From contig CAWABA010000006.1 of NCBI GenBank assembly GCA_963780185.1, positions 864,001-928,000 on the forward strand: 64,000 nucleotides of DNA. The letters run 5' to 3'. The first letter of the stretch is position 1, and each line of letters starts with the position of its first letter. This DNA comes from Candidatus Bathyarchaeota archaeon (GTDB lineage: Archaea; Thermoproteota; Bathyarchaeia; Bathyarchaeales; Bathycorpusculaceae). Below the pieces are notes generated by a model that was not told the DNA's origin, made no database searches, and saw only the letters and a program-made list of their open reading frames with translations. A program made the position numbers and the translations under genes. This document shows positions 51,430 through 62,022 of this stretch, piece by piece.

Positions 51430-53457
51430 CTAGTTCATTTTCATTGTCTTATTTACGAATTGCGCAATATCTAAAACCAGCACTACCTGGCCATCCCCGA
51501 GGATTGTGGCTCCGGTTAATCCTTTGATTCCTGCGATAGTTTCAGTTAGCGATTTAACAAGGATGTCTTGTTGCCGAAGAACGGAATCGACGACCAGGCC
51601 CATTTTTGTGTTTTCGTCTCCTAGGAAAGTGATGAGAAGTTCAAGCTCATCTTCGTTGGAGCCTGGAAGGCTCAAGAGCTGATGAAGATGAACCATCGGG
51701 ATTACACGGTCCCGTACAAGTATGGCGTTTGTTTTACCTAGCGACTTAACATCGGATTTTTTAACTCGGACGATTTCCGAAACTTGGCTTGCAGGTATAG
51801 CGAAGGTTTGAGTAGCGTCCTGGACAAGAATTGCCTGAATAATTGCCAGCGTAATCGGCAGTTTTATGGTGGTTTTTGTTCCTTTGCCAAGTTGGCTTTC
51901 AACGTGCACAGTGCCTGCTAAAGCGGAGATTTTTGTCTTGACAACATCCATGCCGACGCCTCTGCCGCTTGTTTCAGTAACAATTTTTGCAGTTGAAAAA
52001 CCAGGAAGAAAAATCAGGTTAATCAATTGTTCCTTGCTCATTTTGTCCAGTTCTGCTTTGCTTGCCAAACCCTTTTCCAGAGCTTTCTCTTTTATCTTTT
52101 CAGTGTCAATTCCAGCACCGTCATCTTCAACTTCTATTATTACTTGGTTGCCGTTTCTCTGGGCTGCCAGCTTGATTGTTCCTGTTTCGTTCTTGCCTGA
52201 GTTCACTCTTTCTTCGGGGGTTTCTACTCCGTGGTCAACGCTGTTTCGGAGCAAGTGAATTAGTGGCTCGCCAATTTCGTCCAGAACCGTTCTGTCAACC
52301 TCGATGTCTTTTCCTTCCATGACCAAATCAATTTTCTTCTCCTTTTTCAGCGATAAATCTCTAATTAACCGTGGAAACCTGTCAAAAACTTGACTTACCG
52401 GCACCATTCTAACTTCCATTACGAGGTCCTGCAAGTCATCCGTTAATCTATCGATGTTCTCTGCGATACGTTTCAAAGAGTCGTTTCGGCTCTCAGATGT
52501 GACTTGGAGCAGAGCAATCTTGTTGATGACAAGTTCACCCACCCAATTCATCAACTTATCCAGTTGGTCGAATTTGACCCGTACGGTTTGTGTCGATTGC
52601 GCGTCTACAGCGACATTGACTATTTTTTTGTTTTCAACAGTGATCAGATAATTGCTCTTTGGGGGTATGGAAACAGGTCCCTCTTTTATAGAGGAAACTG
52701 AATTGTTGAAAGAAGTCACATTTACCTGTTTCACTTCGAGAACTTGTTTAGCACTTTGTTCAATTGCTTTTTCATCAGATTTACTTATTACAGCCATTTT
52801 GAAGCCTTGACAGAGGTTTTGATCATCAAAGTCTTGACTTTCAGGGACTGTCTTGATTATTTTTGCTATTTCCGCGATTTTTTCCGAAACCATGCTTGCC
52901 CGGATGCTTTTAAAGTTACAGTCATCGCAGAATGTCAGATCAACAATGAAGCAACGTTCGCCTGCAATTTCAGCTTGTTTAACAACGTCCCTTTCAGTTT
53001 GGTTAAGCTCGATGATTTTGTTTCCAGTTGACGACCCATCAACATCTTTAGGTTCCTTAAGCTGAGCACTTTGCAGTAGAGTTTTTGTTGAGTGCAGTTT
53101 GTTTTTTAAAGGCCCAACTTCAATTTCACCCTCAATGTTACTCTGAATGTTATTGAGCCGTAATGATAGGGCATCTACGCACTCAAGAAGCACGCTAATA
53201 AGGTTGCTTGAGGGGTGATTGCCTTTTCGCATTTCGTCGAATACGTCTTCCATGCTATGGGTAAGTTCTTGAAAATCCTTGAAGCCCATCATGCCGGATG
53301 AACCCTTCAGCGTGTGGGCAGACCTGAAAAGCATGTTGATAACCTCTTGGTTTTCAGGTTCTTTTTCCAAAATCAACATAGACTTAGTTATTGAATCAAT
53401 ATGTTCCTTGGCCTCTTCTATGAATAACTGCCGATATTGATCATTGCCAAATGACAT
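51430..53457 (-). CDS. cheA: Chemotaxis histidine kinase CheA
   Basis: Hpt FRSAHTLKG, P2, dimerisation domain, HLLRNSVDHG, DDGAG, GFST..SGRGVGMDVV and a CheW-like domain. Confidence 0.97.
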   Translation of the reverse strand: MSFGNDQYRQLFIEEAKEHIDSITKSMLILEKEPENQEVINMLFRSAHTLKGSSGMMGFKDFQELTHSMEDVFDEMRKGNHPSSNLISVLLECVDALSLRLNNIQSNIEGEIEVGPLKNKLHSTKTLLQSAQLKEPKDVDGSSTGNKIIELNQTERDVVKQAEIAGERCFIVDLTFCDDCNFKSIRASMVSEKIAEIAKIIKTVPESQDFDDQNLCQGFKMAVISKSDEKAIEQSAKQVLEVKQVNVTSFNNSVSSIKEGPVSIPPKSNYLITVENKKIVNVAVDAQSTQTVRVKFDQLDKLMNWVGELVINKIALLQVTSESRNDSLKRIAENIDRLTDDLQDLVMEVRMVPVSQVFDRFPRLIRDLSLKKEKKIDLVMEGKDIEVDRTVLDEIGEPLIHLLRNSVDHGVETPEERVNSGKNETGTIKLAAQRNGNQVIIEVEDDGAGIDTEKIKEKALEKGLASKAELDKMSKEQLINLIFLPGFSTAKIVTETSGRGVGMDVVKTKISALAGTVHVESQLGKGTKTTIKLPITLAIIQAILVQDATQTFAIPASQVSEIVRVKKSDVKSLGKTNAILVRDRVIPMVHLHQLLSLPGSNEDELELLITFLGDENTKMGLVVDSVLRQQDILVKSLTETIAGIKGLTGATILGDGQVVLVLDIAQFVNKTMKMN

Positions 53458-53552
53458 GCCCTTTATTCCTTGACCTATCTATGCATGAGCGAAATTACGG
53501 TCTGACACAACAATCTGTTATGAAGCTGTAATTTGTCAGAGTGCGTCTCTGT

Positions 53553-53987
53553 TTAGACACTCAAAGGCTTAGAAAGCATGTTGACAGTCGAAAAATTCAA
53601 AGGCTCACTTGACTTGCTAGGTTTTTGGTAAACTCTAACTTTATGGTCAACCGCCAAAAATTTTGCCGCTGGTTCACCGCTTAGGATTTCTGATTTTCCA
53701 GTAATCAAGTATCCCCCTTCTTTTAGGGCCCCGAAAAAGCTCATATGGATCTGTTGTTGGCTTTCTTTAGAGAAGTAAATCATCGTGTAGTTAATTGCCA
53801 GGTCATTTAGCAAATTTTTGAATTCTTCTGGATTATTTCTTAGGTAGACAACGTACTTGCCATAAGTGTTCGACCCCGTCGCCCTTAATCTAACTTCGAA
53901 GCGCCTTTTCAGATATTGCTCACGGTAGCCCGAACAATTTACGCCGGCTTTTTCAAGCAGCAGCCTTTTTATTTTTTGAAAAGACAT
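53553..53987 (-). pseudogene. cheR: CheR with a large in-frame internal deletion
   Basis: N-domain YREQYLKRR..R...LAINYT joined directly to MIYF...LKEGGYLITGKSE; FFR, WSAGC and TD motifs absent. Confidence 0.85.
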
Positions 53988-54076
53988 CTTTTTCTAAGAA
54001 GTCTTGGAGTGCATCTTGTTTTTTCTGTTCTACCAATTATTTCTAAACCTCAAATTACCCGTTCATTTCGGGTTAT

Positions 54077-54748
54077 TCACGCATCAATCAGAGTTTTCGA
54101 TTTTTGGGTAAGCAGGTCTTTGAGTTCTCCGCTTGGGAAAATCATTAGCATACATTTTGCGTCGTCGCCTTGTCGTTTAAATCGGGTTTCAAAAAGCATA
54201 GCGTTTTCTGAAAGCATCGATTGTTTTATGAGGAAACCGTCGAGAATAGCGTTAAAAGTGTCAACGACGCTTTGAGGCGCAGTGGGGAGAAGGGTTATTT
54301 CGATGAAGTCTGAGATTGCAGTTAAGAATGATCCGATCACGATGTTTGCGAGCTCGTTTATTGCCGATGTTTCCATCGTTGGATCGAGTTCCTCAATTGA
54401 AGCAGCACATGTCATCATTACCGCAAGTTTTTTGGCTTCTGCTAATTCTATCGTTAATAAGATATCGCAACCATAGGTTTCTGTGAGTTGAAGGTAAATG
54501 CCCATTGTTGGCTCTTCGTGTTTGTTGTAAAACTTGGGGATTAAGTGTAATTGTATAGTATAGATTTTAGGTACATCAATTGATATCGGTTGCTGAAGCA
54601 TATCGGACAAAGCTGTAGCTGCATGCCCAGCGCCTATGCTTCCAAGCTCCAGAAGAATCCCCATATCGATTTCCTGCTCCTCTTTAGACCTAAGGGAATC
54701 TTTGTTTGTTAATTTCTTCATTGCGCTATCGACTGTTTGATTTTTCAT
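54077..54748 (-). CDS. cheC: CheC phosphatase
   Basis: ELGSIGAGHAATALS and SAINELANI..GSFL.A. Confidence 0.9.
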   Translation of the reverse strand: MKNQTVDSAMKKLTNKDSLRSKEEQEIDMGILLELGSIGAGHAATALSDMLQQPISIDVPKIYTIQLHLIPKFYNKHEEPTMGIYLQLTETYGCDILLTIELAEAKKLAVMMTCAASIEELDPTMETSAINELANIVIGSFLTAISDFIEITLLPTAPQSVVDTFNAILDGFLIKQSMLSENAMLFETRFKRQGDDAKCMLMIFPSGELKDLLTQKSKTLIDA

Positions 54749-55356
54749 ATTTCTTTTACCTCTCCGTTGAAAGTTCGGACGAGCGTCACGCCTGAAGCCA
54801 CGTTGAAAGATATTTGTCTTCCATGCGAACCGCCTACATCTTCGCCTGTCAACCGTATCCTATGATCATCTAACGCTTTCTTAACCGCCTTGATGTTTTT
54901 GGCGCCAATCTCTAGGTGGTTTGCACCTAAGTTGGAAAACATGTTTGCGCCGCCAGCGATCTTAGCTGAAAGACGACTTTGTCTTCCGCTGAATTTGCTT
55001 ATTCCATTCATAAGGGCTGGAACTGCAGTGTTGGCAAATTTTGATGGAAGAGGTTCGTTTTGGCCGTTAACGGAGTTTGGAAGCATTACGTGGGCTAATC
55101 CGCCAATTCTGTGCACTGGATCGTGGAGGCATATCGCTACGCATGATCCTACGCTTGTCAATAGTTCAGCTGGTTTGTATTCTATTTTCATATCTGCCAT
55201 GTCTACTCGAACTTCCTCAACCTTAGGGTTTTCTTGAACTGAAATTGTAATTGGCGTTATCTCTTGCTGCAAAGCAAATAATGACTTGTATTCTAGTTTG
55301 TACCGTGTTTTTTCCCGCCCGATTTTGGGTTGATGCCACGAGGGAAGAAGAGCCAA
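54745..55356 (-). CDS. cheD: Chemoreceptor glutamine deamidase CheD; start uncertain
   Basis: GSCVAICL.D, GGLAHVMLP, KFA, AKIAGGANMF, IG.KN and EDVGG..GR. Confidence 0.93.
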   Translation of the reverse strand: MALLPSWHQPKIGREKTRYKLEYKSLFALQQEITPITISVQENPKVEEVRVDMADMKIEYKPAELLTSVGSCVAICLHDPVHRIGGLAHVMLPNSVNGQNEPLPSKFANTAVPALMNGISKFSGRQSRLSAKIAGGANMFSNLGANHLEIGAKNIKAVKKALDDHRIRLTGEDVGGSHGRQISFNVASGVTLVRTFNGEVKEI

Positions 55357-55366
55357 CTTGCTTTCC

Positions 55367-55738
55367 TCAACAGTATTTTGTGATTGCTTCGATTACTTTT
55401 TGCGGTTGAAACGGTTTTACAACAAAGTCTTTCGCGCCTGACTTAATCGCTTCAACAATTAGCGACTGCTGCCCCATTGAACTGCACATAATCACTTTTG
55501 CTGATGGCTGGCTTGCAACTATCTGTTTGAGGGCTTCTATGCCGTCTTTCGCTTTGGGTCCAGGAGGCATGATTATGTCCATTAGTACAAGGTCAGGTTT
55601 TGTCTGTTCAAATTTTGCTATTGCGTCGTCGCCGCTTGACGCTTCGGCTATTACCTCAAACCCTGCTTGCAGAACTATTTTTTTAAGTACGGCTCTCATG
55701 AATGAGGCATCGTCAACTATCATAATTGTGCCCATCAC
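55367..55738 (-). CDS. cheY: CheY response regulator
   Basis: IVDDASFMR, MDIIMP, MCSSMGQQ and KDFVVKPF. Confidence 0.95.
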   Translation of the reverse strand: MMGTIMIVDDASFMRAVLKKIVLQAGFEVIAEASSGDDAIAKFEQTKPDLVLMDIIMPPGPKAKDGIEALKQIVASQPSAKVIMCSSMGQQSLIVEAIKSGAKDFVVKPFQPQKVIEAITKYC

Positions 55739-56318
55739 AGTCCATCTCTTTTTTTATCTTAAGATTTACGAAAACAATTATAAGCGTTGTGTAGTAAAAC
55801 AACATATCAATACACAATATTAGGCAACAACAAAAAAACCGCCTTAATCGCTGGAAACATGTCGGAATAACTATTAATTCTTGAAACTTGTAAAATTTGT
55901 CTTTTGCGCTTTCACAGATAAGGGAAATGCCGTAAATTGATAATAAGGTAAATTCGCGGGAAGAAAAATCAAAATTCATAACACGATTTCTCTTCGCCTC
56001 ATCGCACAGCTCATTGACAAGAGCAACCAGCCAACTACTCTTATTTTGGCAGTAGTGTCTGTTGAAGGTTTTCTGCAGTAAGCCGTTACACCAAAAAATT
56101 TACATATGAAAGAGACTTCCAAGTGGGCCGATGTTAAAGAATTTCGGATAAACTTTATTTAATCTTATTATTTTTCAACTTTTAGCTGCAAATTTTGTCT
56201 TTTAATATTCGGAATTCGATTTTGATTTTAAGTCTATTCGGACGTGGATTCTGAATTCATAAATGATTATAATAAAAACGAACAAAAAAAGCGACAAAAT
56301 GGGTAAGGTAATTAAAAA

Positions 56319-58250
56319 ATGGCAGAGGAAACACGAGATAAAAAGAATAAGGACTTAGAAAAGAAAATTCAATCTCTTGAAAAAGAGAGAAAAAATCTCT
56401 TAGAAGAAAACGAAAATCTAAGAAACGAACTTTGCACAACAATCCAAGAGGAGATTAATACTGCAAAAAATTTTTCGACCACAATAGACGAAACATTAAT
56501 CCATGCTAACAGTGCAGTCAGTAGCGCAAGTAAGGTTGAAAAAACAGCCCTCAAGGTTGCCAACAATGCTGAAAGCGCAGCACAAGGGTCAGCCAAAGTC
56601 GCTGGCCTTGCCGGTGGGGCCGTAAACGCAGCCAACCAGATTTTAGGTGCAGCAAAAAATGTCGCTGAATCAGCTAACAAAGTCGCAAACAAAGCAGAAG
56701 GCGCAGCAGAAGCAGCATCAAAAGTAGCTAACATGGCTGAAGGCGCAAAGGGAGCAGCGACAAAAATGGTGAGCTTGGCTACTGGAGCAGTAGAGATAGC
56801 CGCAAAAGTGGGAGCAAGCGCAATGAATGCTAAAAATGTCGCATCCAACGTTGCCTCTACTGCACAAGGGGCAGTTCAATCGGCCACTAATGTTGCAGAA
56901 ATGGGTAAACAAGCGGCTGATGTTTCCTCACAAATGTCACAAGGCATGCAACAAGTCAGTACCGCAGCACAACAGGTATCTATTGGCTCACAAAAGCTTG
57001 CTGATTTGTCTCAGAACGCTGCCAAAAGCACGGAGTCACTAAAGAAAGTCATGGATGAGGCAGGACAAATTGCGCGGGATGCTTCGAATGTAACTAATGA
57101 AGCATTAAAAAGCGCAAATGAAGCTAAAACTAAGGGCCGAGCAGGAATAGCCGCAATAGCAACAATGAAAAACGACATAACCAGCGTGGCCGATGCAGTA
57201 GTTTCGATGGTTGGTTCAATCGAGCAGGTTGGCGGCATGGCAAGTTCAGTTTCTGACATTGCAAGCCAAACAAACATGCTTGCATTGAATGCGGCAATTG
57301 AAGCCGCCAGAGCAGGCGAGGCAGGAAGAGGCTTTGCAGTCGTTGCTGACGCAGTAAAAGGATTAGCAGGTCAATCAAAAGGCGCTGCAGGTTCAGCCAT
57401 AAGCCTTGTAAAAGAAATAAAGGATTCAGGTTCCAAAACAAGCGAAATTGCCAGGCAATCGCAGAAAGGCGCAAATGAAGGTGCCCAAGTAGTTCAAGGA
57501 GCAATACAAGAAACCGAAAATATCTCGAAAATAATGCAAGAAATGTCCGGCAAAGTCAGTACACTTACAAATGGAGTCGAAAAAGGACTTGAAGTCATAG
57601 ATACCGTAATGAAAGTGATTCAAGACGTTTCCGCAATAGCTCAGGAAAGCTCATCATCAGCGGAAGAATCTTCGTCAGCAGTCGAGGAACAAGCAGCCAC
57701 TTCAGTGCAGATTACAGAAATAGCTAAAAACATTTCTGAAGGTGTCAAAACGTTCGCTGAGGTTGTTCAGAACGTAATTGCAGAAAGCACTGGAATAGCT
57801 AAAGCTGCCGAGGGCGTTATCGTCGACGCGACCAATGTAGAAAAATCTGCTAAAGAAGTGATTTCTGAGGCTGAAAACGTGGCAAAAGCAGCTACCATCG
57901 CAGTAGGCGATGCAACAGACGTGGCAAAAGTAGCCCAGCAAGTGACGTCTGAAGTCATAGAAGTTGGAAAAGTGGCAGGCGAAGTTGGTATAGCAGCAGA
58001 AGGATTGGCTACGGCAGCTGCAGATGCAATAATAGTGTCAAAAAACGCTGAGAAAACGGCCATAGAAGTAAAAACAGATGCTGAAAGTGTTGCTAAAGTT
58101 GCTAAGCAAGTCACCTCAGACGCAATAGAAATTTCAAAAACAGCTGGACAGATAAAGAGCGATTTACAGAAACTAATCGAAAAAAGGACCCGCACGATTG
58201 AAGAAATCAAAAGCAAACGGGAAAGGAAAAACAAAGTGGAGGCAGAGTAA
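56319..58250 (+). CDS. Soluble methyl-accepting chemotaxis protein with extended coiled coil
   Basis: Central [30 protein letters not shown] hairpin tip; no TM segment. Confidence 0.93.
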   Translation: MAEETRDKKNKDLEKKIQSLEKERKNLLEENENLRNELCTTIQEEINTAKNFSTTIDETLIHANSAVSSASKVEKTALKVANNAESAAQGSAKVAGLAGGAVNAANQILGAAKNVAESANKVANKAEGAAEAASKVANMAEGAKGAATKMVSLATGAVEIAAKVGASAMNAKNVASNVASTAQGAVQSATNVAEMGKQAADVSSQMSQGMQQVSTAAQQVSIGSQKLADLSQNAAKSTESLKKVMDEAGQIARDASNVTNEALKSANEAKTKGRAGIAAIATMKNDITSVADAVVSMVGSIEQVGGMASSVSDIASQTNMLALNAAIEAARAGEAGRGFAVVADAVKGLAGQSKGAAGSAISLVKEIKDSGSKTSEIARQSQKGANEGAQVVQGAIQETENISKIMQEMSGKVSTLTNGVEKGLEVIDTVMKVIQDVSAIAQESSSSAEESSSAVEEQAATSVQITEIAKNISEGVKTFAEVVQNVIAESTGIAKAAEGVIVDATNVEKSAKEVISEAENVAKAATIAVGDATDVAKVAQQVTSEVIEVGKVAGEVGIAAEGLATAAADAIIVSKNAEKTAIEVKTDAESVAKVAKQVTSDAIEISKTAGQIKSDLQKLIEKRTRTIEEIKSKRERKNKVEAE

Positions 58251-58319
58251 TTCTCTGTCTTTTTCCCTTGACCATAGCCAAAAGACTTCAAATGGAAACA
58301 TAAAGACAAGGTGTGAAAA

Positions 58320-58853
58320 ATGACAAGTATTGACAACCAGAAAAGCTCGCGAGAAGAGGTACAGATGCTGACATTTATGCTTGACAACGTATCTTACGGC
58401 GTTAATGTTCATCAAGTACGTGAAGTCAAAAACTTCGAGGGTGTTACACCCGTACCATATGCACCATCTTACGTCAAGGGTGTGACCAACCTCCGAGGAG
58501 AAATCATTCCCGTAATAGACTTGAGAAAGCGTTTTGGATTCGAAACCAAAACGTGCGTTGATGACGCTGGAATTATGGTGATAGTTCAAGACCTGCATCC
58601 AATAGGAGTGATGGTTGATTCAGTCATGGAAGTTCTGACGCTACCAAAAAAAGACATTGAATCAAACCTTGACAATTTGAGTACGAACAGATCGGAAGCA
58701 GTACTAGGTGTGGCTAAACACGACAAAGACCTGATAATCCTTCTCGACTTGATGAAAGTCGTTGCGAAAAAGGACATCGAAAACCTGGAACCTAACCATA
58801 AAGGCTTCCAAGTTCAAACAGAGAATCCGCAGAAAGCGCAAGCAACAACCTAA
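58320..58853 (+). CDS. cheW: CheW adaptor
   Basis: YGVNV.QVREV, TPVPYAP.YVKGVTNLRGEIIPVIDL and GVMVDSV.EV. Confidence 0.95.
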   Translation: MTSIDNQKSSREEVQMLTFMLDNVSYGVNVHQVREVKNFEGVTPVPYAPSYVKGVTNLRGEIIPVIDLRKRFGFETKTCVDDAGIMVIVQDLHPIGVMVDSVMEVLTLPKKDIESNLDNLSTNRSEAVLGVAKHDKDLIILLDLMKVVAKKDIENLEPNHKGFQVQTENPQKAQATT

Positions 58854-59049
58854 ACGCCTCTTTTTTTAGAGGCATACCGTTTTCCGATAAAATTGCAGAG
58901 GCGGCTAAAGTTGAGTTACACGTATCAAGAGCTAAGGGACAAGAAATGCGTCTCACAAAAACATGATTTCCTTTCAAACTTTAGCTTTCCCGCTTCAAAT
59001 TGCATGACGCAAAATAGTTCGTTTTTCAACATATTTTGGAGCCGTTGAA

Positions 59050-60767
59050 TTGGGTTTTATTGATTATGCTTGGTCAGTTTCCGTGCAAAAGGATAACACC
59101 AAAGTGAAAATACTTCAAGACACCGAGTTAGATCAGCCTACTTTGCAAATTGACAATTTCGGGTTCACCATTAAGCTTCCGACTTTTCGCATTTTGGATG
59201 ATGGAGATGTTTCGTTTCTTGGACACAAATTTGCAGGTAACAATGAAGGCAAATCAAAAGTCGGACGATTATTTCGAGCAGCCGTTCTGCATTTGACAAC
59301 CCATACATTGGTACCTTTTCAAAAAGAAAAAATCGCGCCCAACGAATCAGACTCGATAGTTGAAGCGTTCGCCAAATCGCTGATTAATGACACCTACGTC
59401 AACGCCTACATTCAGGCTTGGTATCCTGACAGGCTATTCGATATTTCTTATGCAAATGCGTTGGCTTACCAAAAAATAAAATCTTCAGAGCGAATTTTCA
59501 CATCTTCGACAAGACTTATGACGGCTCTGCTGACGAAACTTAACATAGGATTGATTAAAAATTCTCCGGGCATAGAAGAAGAGCAAACGGCAAATCAATT
59601 ATTCAGCGACCTGACAGTCTCTTAAAGAAACTTTTTTGGGTTCGATGGCTGGTGAACAAATCAATCTAGAAGAGTTATTTGACGAAAAAGTAAAAAGTAT
59701 AAAGGGTTTGCTTGAGCCTTTTGGCCCCTTCTTGGAGTCGCCGTCATTTAGACACACTGAAAGTAACGGTCTCTGCAGCATCTACAGCGAAGTTGAAACT
59801 TGTAATGAAGATTTTGAAAGCCTATTTGTTCAGTCCCTGATGAGTTTGGGCGGCACTGTACCTACCGTAGATAATATCGATCAATGTTGGAGACCCGAGC
59901 AGGAAGTAGAATCCCTGCAGGCATTTAACTCTGACAATTTTCAAAAGTTACGTGAAGAAAAAATCCTTGCAAAAATGGCGCCTTACGTGGCGTTAACCAG
60001 ACTCAAGGGCGTATCTATTCCACCAGAAGATTACACTCAATATCTAAGAGCAAGAAATTTGATTCAGGGGGCAAGTCGGCGGCTTCTCGACATTCTTAGG
60101 TCAGCTTTCAATTATCTTGATGAGGATCCAAGGCAAGAAATGGGTCAACTGGATTTAGCTGCGGTTATTCAATCTTTGGCAAGTAACAAGCCGGCGACAG
60201 ACGTGTTTGTTTTGGACGAGTACCTTAAGCCAAATTTCGCTTGGTCACTAATCTTCGACGTAAGCAACAGCATGCAAGTGAAAGGCGAATACGGCCGCGC
60301 GTTAGCGATTGCTGTGGCTGAAGCCGCAAAAGAGTTAATGACTGACCCGACGTCATGGACATTTTTCGCTTTCAACGACAAACTCCACATCTTAAAGGAC
60401 AGCACGGAGTCTTATTCGAAGCGGGTTAGAGCGAGAATAGGGGGACTAAAATTTGAAGGGCTCACGTATATTGCCGACGCGGTTCAGGTTGCGGGAAAAA
60501 TGCTTGCTAAAAGGTTTGAAGAACAACGTTGCCTCATAATTATTTCAGACGGCTGGCCATATGGATACGCTAACATGCCGATGGCGCTCAAGGAAGTTGT
60601 GGATGAGATGACGAGAAAAGGAGTTATTGTGATTCGGAATCGGCGTGGAAACAAACAGAATGGGTAACTTCTTCCACCTGCATACCTCAATTTACACGCA
60701 AAAAGACCTCATCAACAAATTCGGGTCAACATACGTCAACGCTTCCCAAAAAGCACTTGAAACATAA
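59050..60767 (+). CDS. VWA-domain protein (NorD/CbbO-like), two frameshifts
   Basis: GQLDL..VIQ, MIDAS DVSNSM, GLT, IISDGWP and corrected tail VIGIGV. Confidence 0.8.
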
Positions 60768-60862
60768 ACTTAAAGAAGAATCCCAGCGGTTTTCCGTGCT
60801 TTTAGGCTGTTTCTTCGCAAATCTTAAATCCTTCCTGACCTGTTAACGTTTTCAGCAGAGGG

Positions 60863-61831
60863 GTGTTTCGGTTGAGTGCACTTGAAATATTAGCCATAGT
60901 ATTACCAATAGTTGTTATTTTCATAGTTATTTATGCGCTTGTTTTGTCGATCCGTATTGTCAGACCCATAGACAAGGGTTTGGTGGAGCGTTTCGGCAAG
61001 TACCACCGTTTTGTCGAGGGAGGAATCACCTTTCTTTTTCCGTTCATAGACCGCATCATAAAAGTGAACATTACTGAACGTATGTCGCCTGTTCAGCGCC
61101 AGGATGTCATTACAAAAGACAAGGTTTTCATGGGTGTAGATGCAGTTGTCTTCTACAGAATCAAGCCCGACGAAACCTCCGTGAAGGCTTCACAGTACAA
61201 CGTGGCCAACTTCGCCGCACAAATAGACACACTCGCCCGCACCGTTCTAAGAGACATCATCGGCGGCATGGATATGGCGATCGCAAACACTTCCAGACCC
61301 ATAATTAACACCAGCCTCAAAATGGCGTTGGATCAGCAAACGGAAATGTGGGGTATCGAGATTGTTCGGGCTGAAATCAAGGATTTAGAGCCGCCAAGGG
61401 AACTTATCGTATCCATGGAATCCGTTCTTAAAGCAGATAACGAGCGGCAAGCGGCTGAGAAAACTGCAATAGCCCAAGCTACCTTAGCCAGCGGAGAAAA
61501 AAACGCTGCAATTCAAGTGGCAGAGGGACAGAAGCAGGCGGCTATTCTTCAGTCTGAAGGTCAAAAGACGGCGACGGTGACGATAGCTGAAGGAGACGCC
61601 CAAGCGACCAAACTGCGCAACGAAGCATTAACAACTTACTTCAAGGACAACGCCGTCGTCTTCAAGCAACTGGAAACCATCGTCGCTTCGCTTCAGAACA
61701 ACACAAAGATTATTGTTCCCGAAGGCAAAGCAATATCGCTGATTCTAAATGAACAAGAAAACCTTGCAAAAGCAACCTTCATCCCAGTGACGATGCCGCA
61801 GCAACAGAAAAACACGAAGCAAATGCAGTAA
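60863..61831 (+). CDS. SPFH/band-7 (stomatin-like) membrane protein
   Basis: N-terminal TM, GLVERFGKY, QDVITKD, LRDIIG.M, WGI...RAEIKD and an AE-rich coiled coil. Confidence 0.93.
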   Translation: MFRLSALEILAIVLPIVVIFIVIYALVLSIRIVRPIDKGLVERFGKYHRFVEGGITFLFPFIDRIIKVNITERMSPVQRQDVITKDKVFMGVDAVVFYRIKPDETSVKASQYNVANFAAQIDTLARTVLRDIIGGMDMAIANTSRPIINTSLKMALDQQTEMWGIEIVRAEIKDLEPPRELIVSMESVLKADNERQAAEKTAIAQATLASGEKNAAIQVAEGQKQAAILQSEGQKTATVTIAEGDAQATKLRNEALTTYFKDNAVVFKQLETIVASLQNNTKIIVPEGKAISLILNEQENLAKATFIPVTMPQQQKNTKQMQ

Positions 61832-62022
61832 GCTTCAAGAAATCTGAGAAGTCCACCCCTTTCTTGAGGGTGAAACCTTTTTGAAAGACTAACGGAAAAA
61901 AAACTTCCGCCAATTGTGAAATGTGCACCAAAGGTTGGCTAAGGAGTACTCTCATGTTTTCTGAGATTGATTAAAAAAAACAAAAAAAGAAAAGAGATTT
62001 TGTTTGGATTTTTGTTTTCAGC

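Noticed and set aside
56369-58387. Long antisense ORFs over the MCP
   Set aside because: By-product of Ala/Val-rich repetitive coding on the plus strand
385-60767. Many split genes as programmed frameshifts or pseudogenes
   Set aside because: Single-base indels hit many unrelated housekeeping genes with otherwise intact motifs; sequencing error is the simpler explanation
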